The notes below the pieces were generated by a model. The model saw nothing but the letters and a program-made list of their open reading frames with translations, searched no databases and was not told where the DNA came from. Shown piece after piece: positions 1 through 10,602 of a stretch of DNA of 64,000 bases. The stretch lies in assembly GCA_030148865.1 (NCBI GenBank), contig JASBSR010000007.1, forward strand, positions 642 through 64,641. The letters are read 5' to 3'. The DNA comes from Gammaproteobacteria bacterium. Lineage in GTDB: Bacteria > Pseudomonadota > Gammaproteobacteria > SZUA-229. Positions within the stretch are counted from its first letter, which is position 1, and each line of letters opens with the position of its first letter. The position numbers and the translations under genes are program-made.

Positions 1-2
1 CT

Positions 3-2276
3 GCTGCTGCGCCTGCGCCAGTCGCGCCTAAAGCCAGAAAATCCTTAAAAAATACGCTGAAGAATTTTTTCAGGAAATGTAGCAAGGACCAGCCGGGTGG
101 TAAATCCGGCAAGCTGGTTGATCCAGATGCCAGTCTTGAGGCGGGTAAATATAAGAATCCCGTGGCCAGTCGCAAGTTGATTCTGCAGCTGATCCACGAA
201 CATGGGGCGCTCACTCAGGATTCGCTGGCCGACAAGTTGTGTATCGACGACGATGAGGTACTCGAAGGCCTGCGTCGTCGCCTGATTGCGATGACCCGTG
301 ACGGCCAGCTAATCCGCAATCGCCGTGGTGGCTTTATCCCGGTGGATGAGAAAAACCTGATCCGTGGCCGGGTGATGGCCCATCCCGAAGGCTTTGGTTT
401 TCTGGTGCCCGACGAGGGCGGCGATGATTTGTTCCTGAGTGCGAAGCAGATGCGTAGCCTGTTGCATGGCGACCGTGCCGTGGTTCAGGTTGCCGGCATT
501 GATCGCCGTGGTCGCCGTGAAGGCGCGGTGGTGGAAGTGCTGGAACGCGCTAACACAACGCTGGTCGGTCGCCTGTTCATCGAAAGCAGCGTCGCCTTCG
601 TGGTCGCGGATAACAAGCGCATCACTCAGGATATTTTAATTTCGGGTGATCAGCTGGGCGAGGCCAAAGCTGGCCAGATCGTCAAGGTCGAGATTACCCA
701 GCAACCCACCTTTCGCCATCAACCGATTGGGCGTGTGGTGGGGATCGTCGGTGACCATATGGCTCCGGGGATGGAAATCGAAGTCGCGATTCATAGCCAC
801 GGCCTGCCGCACGAGTTTTCAGCCTCGGCATTGCGAGAGGCCGATGCCCTTGGTGCTGAGGTTAGAGATGCCGATAAAAATCATCGTCTCGATTTACGTC
901 ATTTGCCACTGGTCACCATCGACGGTGAAGATGCACGCGATTTTGACGATGCGGTGTACTGCGAGTCAGAACCGCGCAATGGTGAAACGCACTGGCGCCT
1001 GCTGGTGGCGATTGCCGATGTCGCACATTATGTGGCACTGGATTCGGCACTGGACAAAAATGCGTACGAACGCGCGACCTCGGTATATTTTCCTGGCCGC
1101 GTTATTCCGATGTTGCCGGAAGGTATCTCCAACGGTCTGTGTTCACTGAATCCTGAAGTTGATCGCCTTGCCATGGTTTGCGAGATGCTGATCAACTCGG
1201 CTGGTGAAATCGTCGAGTACAATTTTCACGAAGCTGTGTTCCGTTCACACGCCCGCCTTACCTATAATCAGGTGGCGAGCGTACTGGTTGACAAAGACGA
1301 GATCGAGGCTAAAAAACTGGTAGCGATATTGCCGCATTTGCAAAATCTGTATGCGCTGTATCGCAGTATGGCGAAGGCGCGCCAAAAACGCGGCTCGATC
1401 GATTTTGATACCACCGAAACCAGGATTGTGTTCAATGCAGATCAGCGCATTGAGAGCATTAATCCGACACAGCGTAATGACGCGCATAAAATTATTGAAG
1501 AATGCATGATCGCGGCGAACATTTGTGCGGCGAAGTTTATCTCCCGACATAAGTTGCCATCGTTATTTCGGGTGCATGATTTACCTGATGACGACAAGCT
1601 CGAAGACTTGCGCGGTTTCCTGAAAGATTTAGGCCTGCGACTGGGTGAACCGCAGCGCAAGATTGAATCCAGCGATTACGCAAAGCTGACGGCAGAAATA
1701 AAAGATCGTGACGATAAACATTTAATTCAAACTTTATTGTTGCGCTCGATGCGACAGGCGATGTACAAGCCGGAGAATGTTGGTCACTTTGGTCTTGCTC
1801 TGGACAACTATGCGCATTTTACTTCACCCATCAGGCGCTATCCGGATTTACTGGTACATCGCGCCATTAAACATATCGTGCGAAAATTACCCTTACGTGA
1901 TTTTCCTTACGATATGAAACGCATGTCCACCATGGGTGAGCATTGTTCCGCCAACGAACGTCGTGCGGATGAAGCCACGCGTGATGCAGAAACCGCGCTC
2001 AAGTGTGAATACATGCTCGATAAAATCGGTGAGCAGTATCGCGCCACGGTCACCAGTGTGGTCTCGTTTGGTTTGTTCGTTGAAATTGACGATTTATATG
2101 TCGAAGGCCTGGTGCATATCACCAATTTACCAAAAGACTATTATGAATTTAATCCGACCACACACCAGCTGGTAGGCGAGCGCCATGGCAGAACGTTCAA
2201 TCTGCGCGATAAAGTAGAGGTGCAGGTCGTGCGTGTTGATATGGATGAGAGCAAGATCGATTTCGAGCTGGTTTGA
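3..2276 (+). CDS. rnr: Ribonuclease R (5'-truncated by the window; frame open from base 3)
   Basis: Cold-shock domains (AHPEGFGF), RNB motif TIDGEDARDFDDA, HFTSPIRRYPDL and a C-terminal S1 domain. The frame upstream of the listed GTG (162) is open and encodes DPDASLEAGKYKNPVASR, matching the conserved RNase R N-terminus. Followed by rlmB as usual. Confidence 0.96.
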   Translation, partial: AAAPAPVAPKARKSLKNTLKNFFRKCSKDQPGGKSGKLVDPDASLEAGKYKNPVASRKLILQLIHEHGALTQDSLADKLCIDDDEVLEGLRRRLIAMTRDGQLIRNRRGGFIPVDEKNLIRGRVMAHPEGFGFLVPDEGGDDLFLSAKQMRSLLHGDRAVVQVAGIDRRGRREGAVVEVLERANTTLVGRLFIESSVAFVVADNKRITQDILISGDQLGEAKAGQIVKVEITQQPTFRHQPIGRVVGIVGDHMAPGMEIEVAIHSHGLPHEFSASALREADALGAEVRDADKNHRLDLRHLPLVTIDGEDARDFDDAVYCESEPRNGETHWRLLVAIADVAHYVALDSALDKNAYERATSVYFPGRVIPMLPEGISNGLCSLNPEVDRLAMVCEMLINSAGEIVEYNFHEAVFRSHARLTYNQVASVLVDKDEIEAKKLVAILPHLQNLYALYRSMAKARQKRGSIDFDTTETRIVFNADQRIESINPTQRNDAHKIIEECMIAANICAAKFISRHKLPSLFRVHDLPDDDKLEDLRGFLKDLGLRLGEPQRKIESSDYAKLTAEIKDRDDKHLIQTLLLRSMRQAMYKPENVGHFGLALDNYAHFTSPIRRYPDLLVHRAIKHIVRKLPLRDFPYDMKRMSTMGEHCSANERRADEATRDAETALKCEYMLDKIGEQYRATVTSVVSFGLFVEIDDLYVEGLVHITNLPKDYYEFNPTTHQLVGERHGRTFNLRDKVEVQVVRVDMDESKIDFELV

Positions 2277-2286
2277 CGGTGTCATC

Positions 2287-3033
2287 ATGGCAAAAGCGCA
2301 ACACGAAATAATCTATGGTTTGCATGCTGTTGACGCGGCGCTTAGAAATAATCGTGAAACTGTCTTACAGCTCTGGGTGCAGCAGGGTCGCAAGGATGAT
2401 CGTATCCGTAGACTGGTTGATATTGCAAACTCTGCCGGTATTTCGACAGAGGCCATGGCTACCGAAAAACTGACTATGAAATGCGACGGACAACGCCACC
2501 AGGGCGTGGTCGCGCGAATCCGCGCCGGTGCGCGTCGCCAGCTAGCGCTGGAAGACTTGCTGGAACGCGAGTCTTTGTTGCTGCTGATACTCGACGAAGT
2601 TCAGGATCCACATAATATCGGTGCCTGTTTGCGCAGCGCTAATGCGGTTGCTGCCGATGCTGTTATTGTTTCAAAAAATCGCAGTCCGGGTTTAACCTCA
2701 GTGGTTAGCAAGGTTGCCAGTGGCGCAGCCGAAGATACACCTTATATACAGGTGAGCAATCTGGCGCGTGCGCTTGACAAGCTGCGTGATGCCGATGTTC
2801 ACATTGTCGGTACCAGTGGCGACAGTGACCTTTCGCTGTATGACTGCCACGTGAGCCCGCGGATGGCGGTCGTTATGGGCTCGGAAGGTAAGGGTATGCG
2901 GCGACTGACACGCGAAGCCTGTAATCAGTTGATCAGTATTCCGATGCTGGGTACAGTCGAAAGTCTCAATGTTTCAGTTGCCAGTGGTGTGACACTGTTT
3001 GAGTTGCGCCGCCGCATGCTCGCTGGTGGTTGA
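2287..3033 (+). CDS. rlmB: 23S rRNA (Gm2251) 2'-O-methyltransferase
   Basis: IYGLHAV N-terminus, SPOUT motifs LDEVQDPHNIGACLRS, GSEGKGMR and ESLNVSVA, synteny with rnr. Start moved to ATG 2287. Confidence 0.95.
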   Translation: MAKAQHEIIYGLHAVDAALRNNRETVLQLWVQQGRKDDRIRRLVDIANSAGISTEAMATEKLTMKCDGQRHQGVVARIRAGARRQLALEDLLERESLLLLILDEVQDPHNIGACLRSANAVAADAVIVSKNRSPGLTSVVSKVASGAAEDTPYIQVSNLARALDKLRDADVHIVGTSGDSDLSLYDCHVSPRMAVVMGSEGKGMRRLTREACNQLISIPMLGTVESLNVSVASGVTLFELRRRMLAGG

Positions 3034-4115
3034 GCGCAAGATCTGTGTTTAGCCGCCTGAGCTTAGTGGTGCCGGGCTGTTGTGGAGCTTTACCCGCGAA
3101 GTCCACCAGTCTGGCACATTTTGATCCAGCCATAGCTAAACTTTCGCTCTGGTCATATCTGGCACGCGCCGATCGAACACCTGCGGTGAGTGGGTTTCAT
3201 CAACAGCTTGCGACTTTGTTTGGTCACGATTCTGCTAATGCGGTTTCGCAGCCAGCTTCGTCTGTTGCCTGGGCGGCGCTGCATCACCTTGCTGAGAGCG
3301 GTGAGGCCGATGATAAAATCTGGCTGCACGCCGACCCGGTGTGCATGCAGGCCGATATGGATCATGCCATTTTGTTCGACGCACACAGCCTGCAACTCAG
3401 AGATGACGAGGCCGATCAATTGCTCGCGGAACTCAATGCGCATTTCGCTCAGGATGGCATTACACTGCAACGCTATAGCGCATCCATCTGGTATTTAAGC
3501 ATCGATACTCATACCAACTTTAGCACGCACGCGCTACACGAAGTTATTGGTCGCAATGTTAATCAATTTATGCCAATGGGCGAAGATGCCGGTGTCTGGA
3601 AGCGTTTTATGAATGAAGCCCAGATGCTGTTACATATGAGCGAGGTCAATCAGCAGCGAGAAGCACGCGGTCATTTGCCAGTCAACAGCATCTGGTTATG
3701 GGGCGAGGGCCGATTGCCCAGGCGCGACTACAAACCGTCAGATCAGCCGTTCGATAACGTGATTAGTGCCAACCCTGGTGCGCGTGGGCTGGCGAAATTG
3801 CGTTTGATGAATTCTACGGCGTTGCCTGATAATTTTTCAGACTTTATCAGGCAGTCAGACCAGGGCAGTCATGTGATGCTGGTACTTGATGCGCTGTTCA
3901 ACAGTTTGAGCTATGCAGATATTGCGCAATGGCAACAGCAACTTGTTGAATTGCATCAGCAGTGGTTGCAGCCATTGCTTGTGTATTGTTTTCAGCACAA
4001 AATATCGCTCGATCTTTATCCATGTAATGGCATTCGCTATCACCTGCAGGCACGACAGCGCTATCGCGTCTGGCGACGCGGCCACCTGCACGAGCATCTG
4101 GTGCTGCATGAATAA
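3030..4115 (+). CDS. RpfE-like / cofactor-independent phosphoglycerate mutase-like protein
   Basis: WLHADPV, NEAQMLLH, NQQREARGHLPVNSIWLWGEG motifs. Overlaps the recJ start, as expected for the rpfE-recJ pair. Confidence 0.75.
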   Translation: MSARSVFSRLSLVVPGCCGALPAKSTSLAHFDPAIAKLSLWSYLARADRTPAVSGFHQQLATLFGHDSANAVSQPASSVAWAALHHLAESGEADDKIWLHADPVCMQADMDHAILFDAHSLQLRDDEADQLLAELNAHFAQDGITLQRYSASIWYLSIDTHTNFSTHALHEVIGRNVNQFMPMGEDAGVWKRFMNEAQMLLHMSEVNQQREARGHLPVNSIWLWGEGRLPRRDYKPSDQPFDNVISANPGARGLAKLRLMNSTALPDNFSDFIRQSDQGSHVMLVLDALFNSLSYADIAQWQQQLVELHQQWLQPLLVYCFQHKISLDLYPCNGIRYHLQARQRYRVWRRGHLHEHLVLHE

Positions 4116-5868
4116 ACACAAAGCTATTCAACGCCGTGAACCGAATCCGGATGTGATGTTGCCGGAAGCTATGCCGAGCATACTGCGCCGTGTGTATGCC
4201 AATCGCAATATCGCTACAGCCGAGGAGCTGGACTACAGCGTTCATAGCTTGCTGCCAGTGGAGCTATTGAAAGGCATAGCTGCTGCGGCTGCACTGGTAG
4301 CAGATGCTATTGTAGATCAAAAACGTATATTAATTGTTGGCGACTACGATGCCGATGGTGCCACCAGTACGGCGCTGGTAATGCGAGCACTGCGCGCCTT
4401 CGCTGGATTCGAACCTGATTACCTGGTGCCGAATCGTTTTGAATATGGTTATGGTTTGACGCCGGCGATTGTTGATGTCGCACAAAGACGGCAACCCGAT
4501 TTAATTATCACTGTCGATAATGGTATTTCCAGTATCGCAGGTGTTGAATGCGCGCACAGCCATAACATCGCAGTGGTGATTACCGATCATCACCTCGCAG
4601 GTGGTGAGCTGCCGCAGGCAGACGCGATTGTGAACCCGAATCAACCGGGCTGTGGCTTCCCTGAAAAAAGCATTGCTGGTGTTGGGGTCGCGTTTTACCT
4701 GATGCTGGCAACGCGAACCGAACTGCGCGCACGTAACTGGTTTAGTGATTCCAGACAGGAACCGAACATGGCAAGTATGCTTGATCTGGTCGCTTTAGGC
4801 ACAGTAGCTGATGTGGTGCCACTGGAAAAAAATAACCGTCTGATGGTGCAGCTGGGCCTGCAGCGTATTCGTAAACGTCAGTGTTGCGCCGGTATTCAGG
4901 CACTCATGCAGGTCGCGGGCAAAGATATTACGCAGTGTGTTAGCCAGGACTTTGGTTTTTTTGTCGCGCCGCGTCTGAATGCCGCTGGCCGACTCGAAGA
5001 TATGGCGGTGGGTATTGAATGTTTGCTCAGCGATGATCCGGACGCTGCGCTGATAATGGCGAAACAGTTGCATACGCTGAATCAGCAGCGCCGTGAAATT
5101 GAGGGTGCGATGCTGACGAACGCCCTGGCAAATCTAGAGACACTGGTATCCAGTCTCGATCAGAGCACATTGCCACTGGGGCTTTGTCTCTACGATGAGC
5201 GCTGGCATCAGGGTGTGGTCGGACTGCTCGCGTCGCGGATCAAAGATCGCTTTCATCGCCCGGTACTCGCCTTCGCTGATGGGCATGATGTGAACGGTGT
5301 CTGCCCAGGTGGTGATGGTGAACTCAAGGGCTCGGCGCGATCCATCCCGAGCCTGCATATTCGCGATCTGCTCGCTACGGTGGCAAGTCGACATCCCGGC
5401 CTGGTGCAAAAATTTGGTGGCCACGCCATGGCAGCGGGGCTGAGCATAAAAAAATCCGACTACGATACTTTCAGGGCTGCATTCGAAGCTGCCATTGCCG
5501 AACAGCTGAATGCTGACGATCTCGATACTATTATTTACAGTGATGGTAGTATTCCGGTAAATGAAATGTCCTTGCAAACAGCGGCAATGCTTCGCCTCGC
5601 CGGCCCATGGGGGCAGCAGTTTCCAGAACCGGTATTTGATGATGTGTTTAAAATCATAAGCTGGCGTATTGTGGGTGATAAACATCTGAAAATCGAACTG
5701 CAACGTGATGACGATGCACAGGTCATTGATGCAATTGCGTTCAATCACACCGATACTGATTTGCCCGCAGATTGTGATTTAATCCGTGCAGTGTACCGGC
5801 TGGATGTGAACGAGTTTCGTGGTGTGCATAAACTACAGTTGATTGTTGAATATATCGAAGCGGCTTGA
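4108..5868 (+). CDS. recJ: ssDNA-specific exonuclease RecJ
   Basis: DHH motifs GDYDADGATS, TVDNG, ITDHH, PRLNAAGRL, GSARS and FGGHAMAAG. Start moved to ATG 4108. Confidence 0.96.
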   Translation: MNKHKAIQRREPNPDVMLPEAMPSILRRVYANRNIATAEELDYSVHSLLPVELLKGIAAAAALVADAIVDQKRILIVGDYDADGATSTALVMRALRAFAGFEPDYLVPNRFEYGYGLTPAIVDVAQRRQPDLIITVDNGISSIAGVECAHSHNIAVVITDHHLAGGELPQADAIVNPNQPGCGFPEKSIAGVGVAFYLMLATRTELRARNWFSDSRQEPNMASMLDLVALGTVADVVPLEKNNRLMVQLGLQRIRKRQCCAGIQALMQVAGKDITQCVSQDFGFFVAPRLNAAGRLEDMAVGIECLLSDDPDAALIMAKQLHTLNQQRREIEGAMLTNALANLETLVSSLDQSTLPLGLCLYDERWHQGVVGLLASRIKDRFHRPVLAFADGHDVNGVCPGGDGELKGSARSIPSLHIRDLLATVASRHPGLVQKFGGHAMAAGLSIKKSDYDTFRAAFEAAIAEQLNADDLDTIIYSDGSIPVNEMSLQTAAMLRLAGPWGQQFPEPVFDDVFKIISWRIVGDKHLKIELQRDDDAQVIDAIAFNHTDTDLPADCDLIRAVYRLDVNEFRGVHKLQLIVEYIEAA

Positions 5869-5870
5869 TT

Positions 5871-6899
5871 ATGAATTGGTACCCACTTGCACAAAAACTT
5901 TTATTCAAACTTGATGCCGAAACCGCACATGGTCTGTCGCTTACAGTGCTGGAGGTTTTATACAGGCTCAGGTTGGTCAAACTGGTCGCCGCGCCTCCAG
6001 CCTCTGAAAACGCACTCGCACCGGTGACTCTGATGGGTATCGAGTTTCCCAATCGGGCAGGCCTCGCCGCCGGGCTGGATAAAAATGGCGAGCATATTGA
6101 CGCCCTCGCAGCCTGCGGCTTTGGTTTTATTGAAATTGGCACGGTAACACCATTGCCGCAGACGGGAAATGACCGGCCACGATTATTTCGTCTGCCTGCA
6201 GATCGTGCCATTATTAATCGTATGGGTTTTAATAATCGTGGTGTCGATTATCTGGTTGAGCGTGTCAAACGCAGCCAGCGCCGTTGTGTACTCGGCATCA
6301 ATATTGGTAAAAATAAAAACACACCGAACGAAAACGCAGTCGATGATTATCTGGTGTGCCTGCAAAAAGTCTACCCGCTTGCCGACTACATAACGATTAA
6401 TATTTCATCGCCGAATACACCTGGGCTCCGCGACCTGCAGCACGGTGAATCTTTGCGGATGTTGTTACGGGCCTTAAAGGAAGAACAAAACAAACTTCAC
6501 CAACGGTATGCGTACTATGTGCCTTTGTTAGTGAAGATTGCTCCCGATCTCGATGATGCTGAAGTGGCAGCTTTAGCAGAAATATTTATCGAACAACACA
6601 TTGACGGAGTAATAGCCACGAACACCACCAATGCCCGCAGTGGATTACACGAGATTGAACTGGCAAAAGAACAGGGTGGTCTCAGTGGACAGCCACTGAC
6701 AGAGCAGGCAGATCACGTTTTGTCGGTGCTGGTGAAGGCTTTGCACGCGAAAATCCCGGTGATCGCTGCGGGTGGAATCATGAATCTTGAAGATGCACTG
6801 CGTAAACGTGAGCTCGGTGCCGCCCTGGTGCAGGTGTATACCGGGTTTATCTATGAAGGACCAAAACTGGTCAGTGAAATTGCGGTTGGACTAGACTGA
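5871..6899 (+). CDS. pyrD: Quinone-dependent dihydroorotate dehydrogenase
   Basis: GLAAGLDKNG, INRMGFNN, NISSPNTPGLR, KIAPDL, GGLSG motifs. Confidence 0.96.
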   Translation: MNWYPLAQKLLFKLDAETAHGLSLTVLEVLYRLRLVKLVAAPPASENALAPVTLMGIEFPNRAGLAAGLDKNGEHIDALAACGFGFIEIGTVTPLPQTGNDRPRLFRLPADRAIINRMGFNNRGVDYLVERVKRSQRRCVLGINIGKNKNTPNENAVDDYLVCLQKVYPLADYITINISSPNTPGLRDLQHGESLRMLLRALKEEQNKLHQRYAYYVPLLVKIAPDLDDAEVAALAEIFIEQHIDGVIATNTTNARSGLHEIELAKEQGGLSGQPLTEQADHVLSVLVKALHAKIPVIAAGGIMNLEDALRKRELGAALVQVYTGFIYEGPKLVSEIAVGLD

Positions 6900-6943
6900 G
6901 CTGTAATAATTGATACTCAAGGCTTAAGATCCTTATATAACAT

Positions 6944-7450
6944 TTATACGTATAAGCGCCTCAGTTGCGGGTCTTCGTCCGCGTGCTCCCATGTGCGATC
7001 AAAATAATCACTTAACTGACGAGATAGCAATGGTGCCATGAAGCAGGCAGTCGCTGTATAGTTGTATTGATTACCCACCACTCGATGTAGATACCCCACG
7101 CCGTCGGCAATCAGGAAAGCGCTCTGTTGATCGCGCTGCTCGTGTGCTGGCTTGCGCATTTGCAGCGAGCTGCTCAGGTGCTGTGCCAAGCGTAGTAAAC
7201 GATGACCATCATGAATTGCGCAGCTTGCATCCTGGATCAAAATTCGAATTTGTGTACCGGGGTGTCGTTTGACAAGTTCAAAAACCGCCCGCTCAAAGTT
7301 CTCGTTATCGTATACCGGCGCATCCAGCTCCTGAGTGAAAATAATTAGCTGGCGCTTCGCCTGTTGCGCTAGTTCAAGGGCGATCTCACGGTTTTCGTCC
7401 AGTGTATGCAGTTGCAGGATGTCCTTGCTGGTGCCGAGAATCTGACTCAT
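6944..7450 (-). CDS. Conserved hypothetical protein, probable PLD-like fold without HKD motif
   Basis: 168-aa ORF overlapping the GNAT gene by 4 nt. The pattern LIIFTQELD...IRILIQD...FLIAD...FDRTW resembles PLD-like domains. Confidence 0.6.
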   Translation of the reverse strand: MSQILGTSKDILQLHTLDENREIALELAQQAKRQLIIFTQELDAPVYDNENFERAVFELVKRHPGTQIRILIQDASCAIHDGHRLLRLAQHLSSSLQMRKPAHEQRDQQSAFLIADGVGYLHRVVGNQYNYTATACFMAPLLSRQLSDYFDRTWEHADEDPQLRRLYV

Positions 7451-7899
7451 GCTCTATTTCTGGCGGGAAAATCGAGCGTACGTTGCATAGTCTGGTGCGC
7501 TATACCAGCGTCGTCGAATTCGTTTCCATACGCCACAAAGCCATGTTGGCAATAAAAATCAAGCGCGCTAACCTGGGCATGGCAGTAAAGTTGGTCGAGC
7601 TGTCGTTGCTGCGCCTGCTGGACAATGCAGCGCAGCAGGGCGCTGCCGATACCCTGGTGGCGGAACTCAGCCAACACGGCCATGCGACCGAACTGGCCAT
7701 CGTGCTTCAGGCGTGCAGTAGCAACGTATTGATTGTCTACTATCGCAAGAAAATGCATGCTGCTATTGTCGAACTCATCCCATTCCAGGGCAAACGGTAC
7801 CTGTTGCTCTTCGATAAATACGCGCTCTCGTATCATGCCGAGAGTTATTCGGTCATCTGCATTACTCCAGTCTGCGATGCGTATTTCAGTTTGTATCAT
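7447..7899 (-). CDS. GNAT N-acetyltransferase (ElaA/YjcF-like)
   Basis: IRERVFIEEQQVP, GRMAVL..FRHQGIG, HAQ, FDDAGIAH motifs. Confidence 0.9.
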   Translation of the reverse strand: MIQTEIRIADWSNADDRITLGMIRERVFIEEQQVPFALEWDEFDNSSMHFLAIVDNQYVATARLKHDGQFGRMAVLAEFRHQGIGSALLRCIVQQAQQRQLDQLYCHAQVSALDFYCQHGFVAYGNEFDDAGIAHQTMQRTLDFPARNRA

Positions 7900-7912
7900 G
7901 ACTGCTTAATCG

Positions 7913-9067
7913 TTATTGTTCAATGAGCAGGTAGTGCTTATTATACAGTTCGAATAGTACGGTTTCGTCGTGTTCGTCTTTGACGCTGGCCAACAATGCA
8001 TTGCACTGGATCAGATTATGTCGGCAAACTGTTTCGGCAAATTCAACTGAGCACTGATAGCTGTTGCCATCAACGAACAGCATGGCGTCGCGGTCTCCAC
8101 CTGAAAACAGAAACCGTGACATGGGGTTATGTTCAATGCCAGCGGTTCGCTCAAGCTGCCGAACTAAACTTTCATAGTCGTTAAATATAGTATCGTTTTC
8201 ATAGAATGACGCACTGCTGCGAGTGTCGCTGGCATATTCACCCAGCCAGCGTCGCACTGTGTTGTCGTCAGTGTTGATGCAATCGCGCAACAGGGATTTT
8301 AATTTATGGATCGTGTGTGTGCTAATTTCGGCGGGATGATTTTGTGTTTCGAGATCAGGATCGCTGTAACGTGCGGCTTCGGGTAACTGGCGCGCGAGGA
8401 ACTCACCAAAATCGCTGATCAGGCTGCGCAGGTCGGGGGCACGAAAACCTATTGAAGCGGTCATGCACTCGTTTTGTGCGATACCGTGATGCGCAACATT
8501 GGGTGGCAGATACAGCATATCACCTGGTGTTAAATCCCAGCTCTGTTCTGCTGCAAAATGTGCGAGCACGCGCATGTCGGTATTGGTCAGACACTGGGCG
8601 TCGAAGTTTTCGCTGATGTGCCAACGACGGGTGCCTTCCAGCTGTAGTAAAAATACATCGTAGGCATCAATATGCGCGCCAACGGAGGCACCCCTGGGAG
8701 CATAACTGATCATCAGATCATCGATGCGCCAGTCGGGAATAAAGCGAAACGCATCGATCAGTGTGCGCGCATCGGGTACGTGTTTTTCAATGTCGCTGAC
8801 CAGCAGGCTCCAGCCAGCCTCAGGGAGATGGGCGAAGTCGTTTTCATCGAAGGGCCCATTGCGTACCGACCAGGCACGGCCTTCAGGCGAGTATTCGGCA
8901 CTTTCAAAAATCAAACGTGAATGTATGCCTTCGCTGCAGGCCAGACCGGCGAGTTCATTGGCGCTCAGCGGGCTGACAATGTCAGGAAACGCACGGCGGA
9001 ATAAGTACGGTTTTTTCTGCCAGTAATCACGCAGAAAGTCTTCATGGCTGAGCCTGCTAGCAAACAT
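7913..9067 (-). CDS. roxA: Ribosomal protein uL16 arginine hydroxylase (JmjC cupin, YcfD/RoxA)
   Basis: FLRDYWQKKP, PDWRIDDLMISYA, HxD (HID) and PGDMLYLPP..AHHG. Lies downstream of purB. Confidence 0.88.
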   Translation of the reverse strand: MFASRLSHEDFLRDYWQKKPYLFRRAFPDIVSPLSANELAGLACSEGIHSRLIFESAEYSPEGRAWSVRNGPFDENDFAHLPEAGWSLLVSDIEKHVPDARTLIDAFRFIPDWRIDDLMISYAPRGASVGAHIDAYDVFLLQLEGTRRWHISENFDAQCLTNTDMRVLAHFAAEQSWDLTPGDMLYLPPNVAHHGIAQNECMTASIGFRAPDLRSLISDFGEFLARQLPEAARYSDPDLETQNHPAEISTHTIHKLKSLLRDCINTDDNTVRRWLGEYASDTRSSASFYENDTIFNDYESLVRQLERTAGIEHNPMSRFLFSGGDRDAMLFVDGNSYQCSVEFAETVCRHNLIQCNALLASVKDEHDETVLFELYNKHYLLIEQ

Positions 9068-9084
9068 GACAGGGTGGCGCGAAC

Positions 9085-10527
<1,443 letters not shown>

Positions 10528-10602
10528 TTATCGTTACTGTGAAATCGCGTATTATATCACCGAGTTACTAACCATTGGCGTTTGACGGGGAGCTTTGCCG
10601 GC

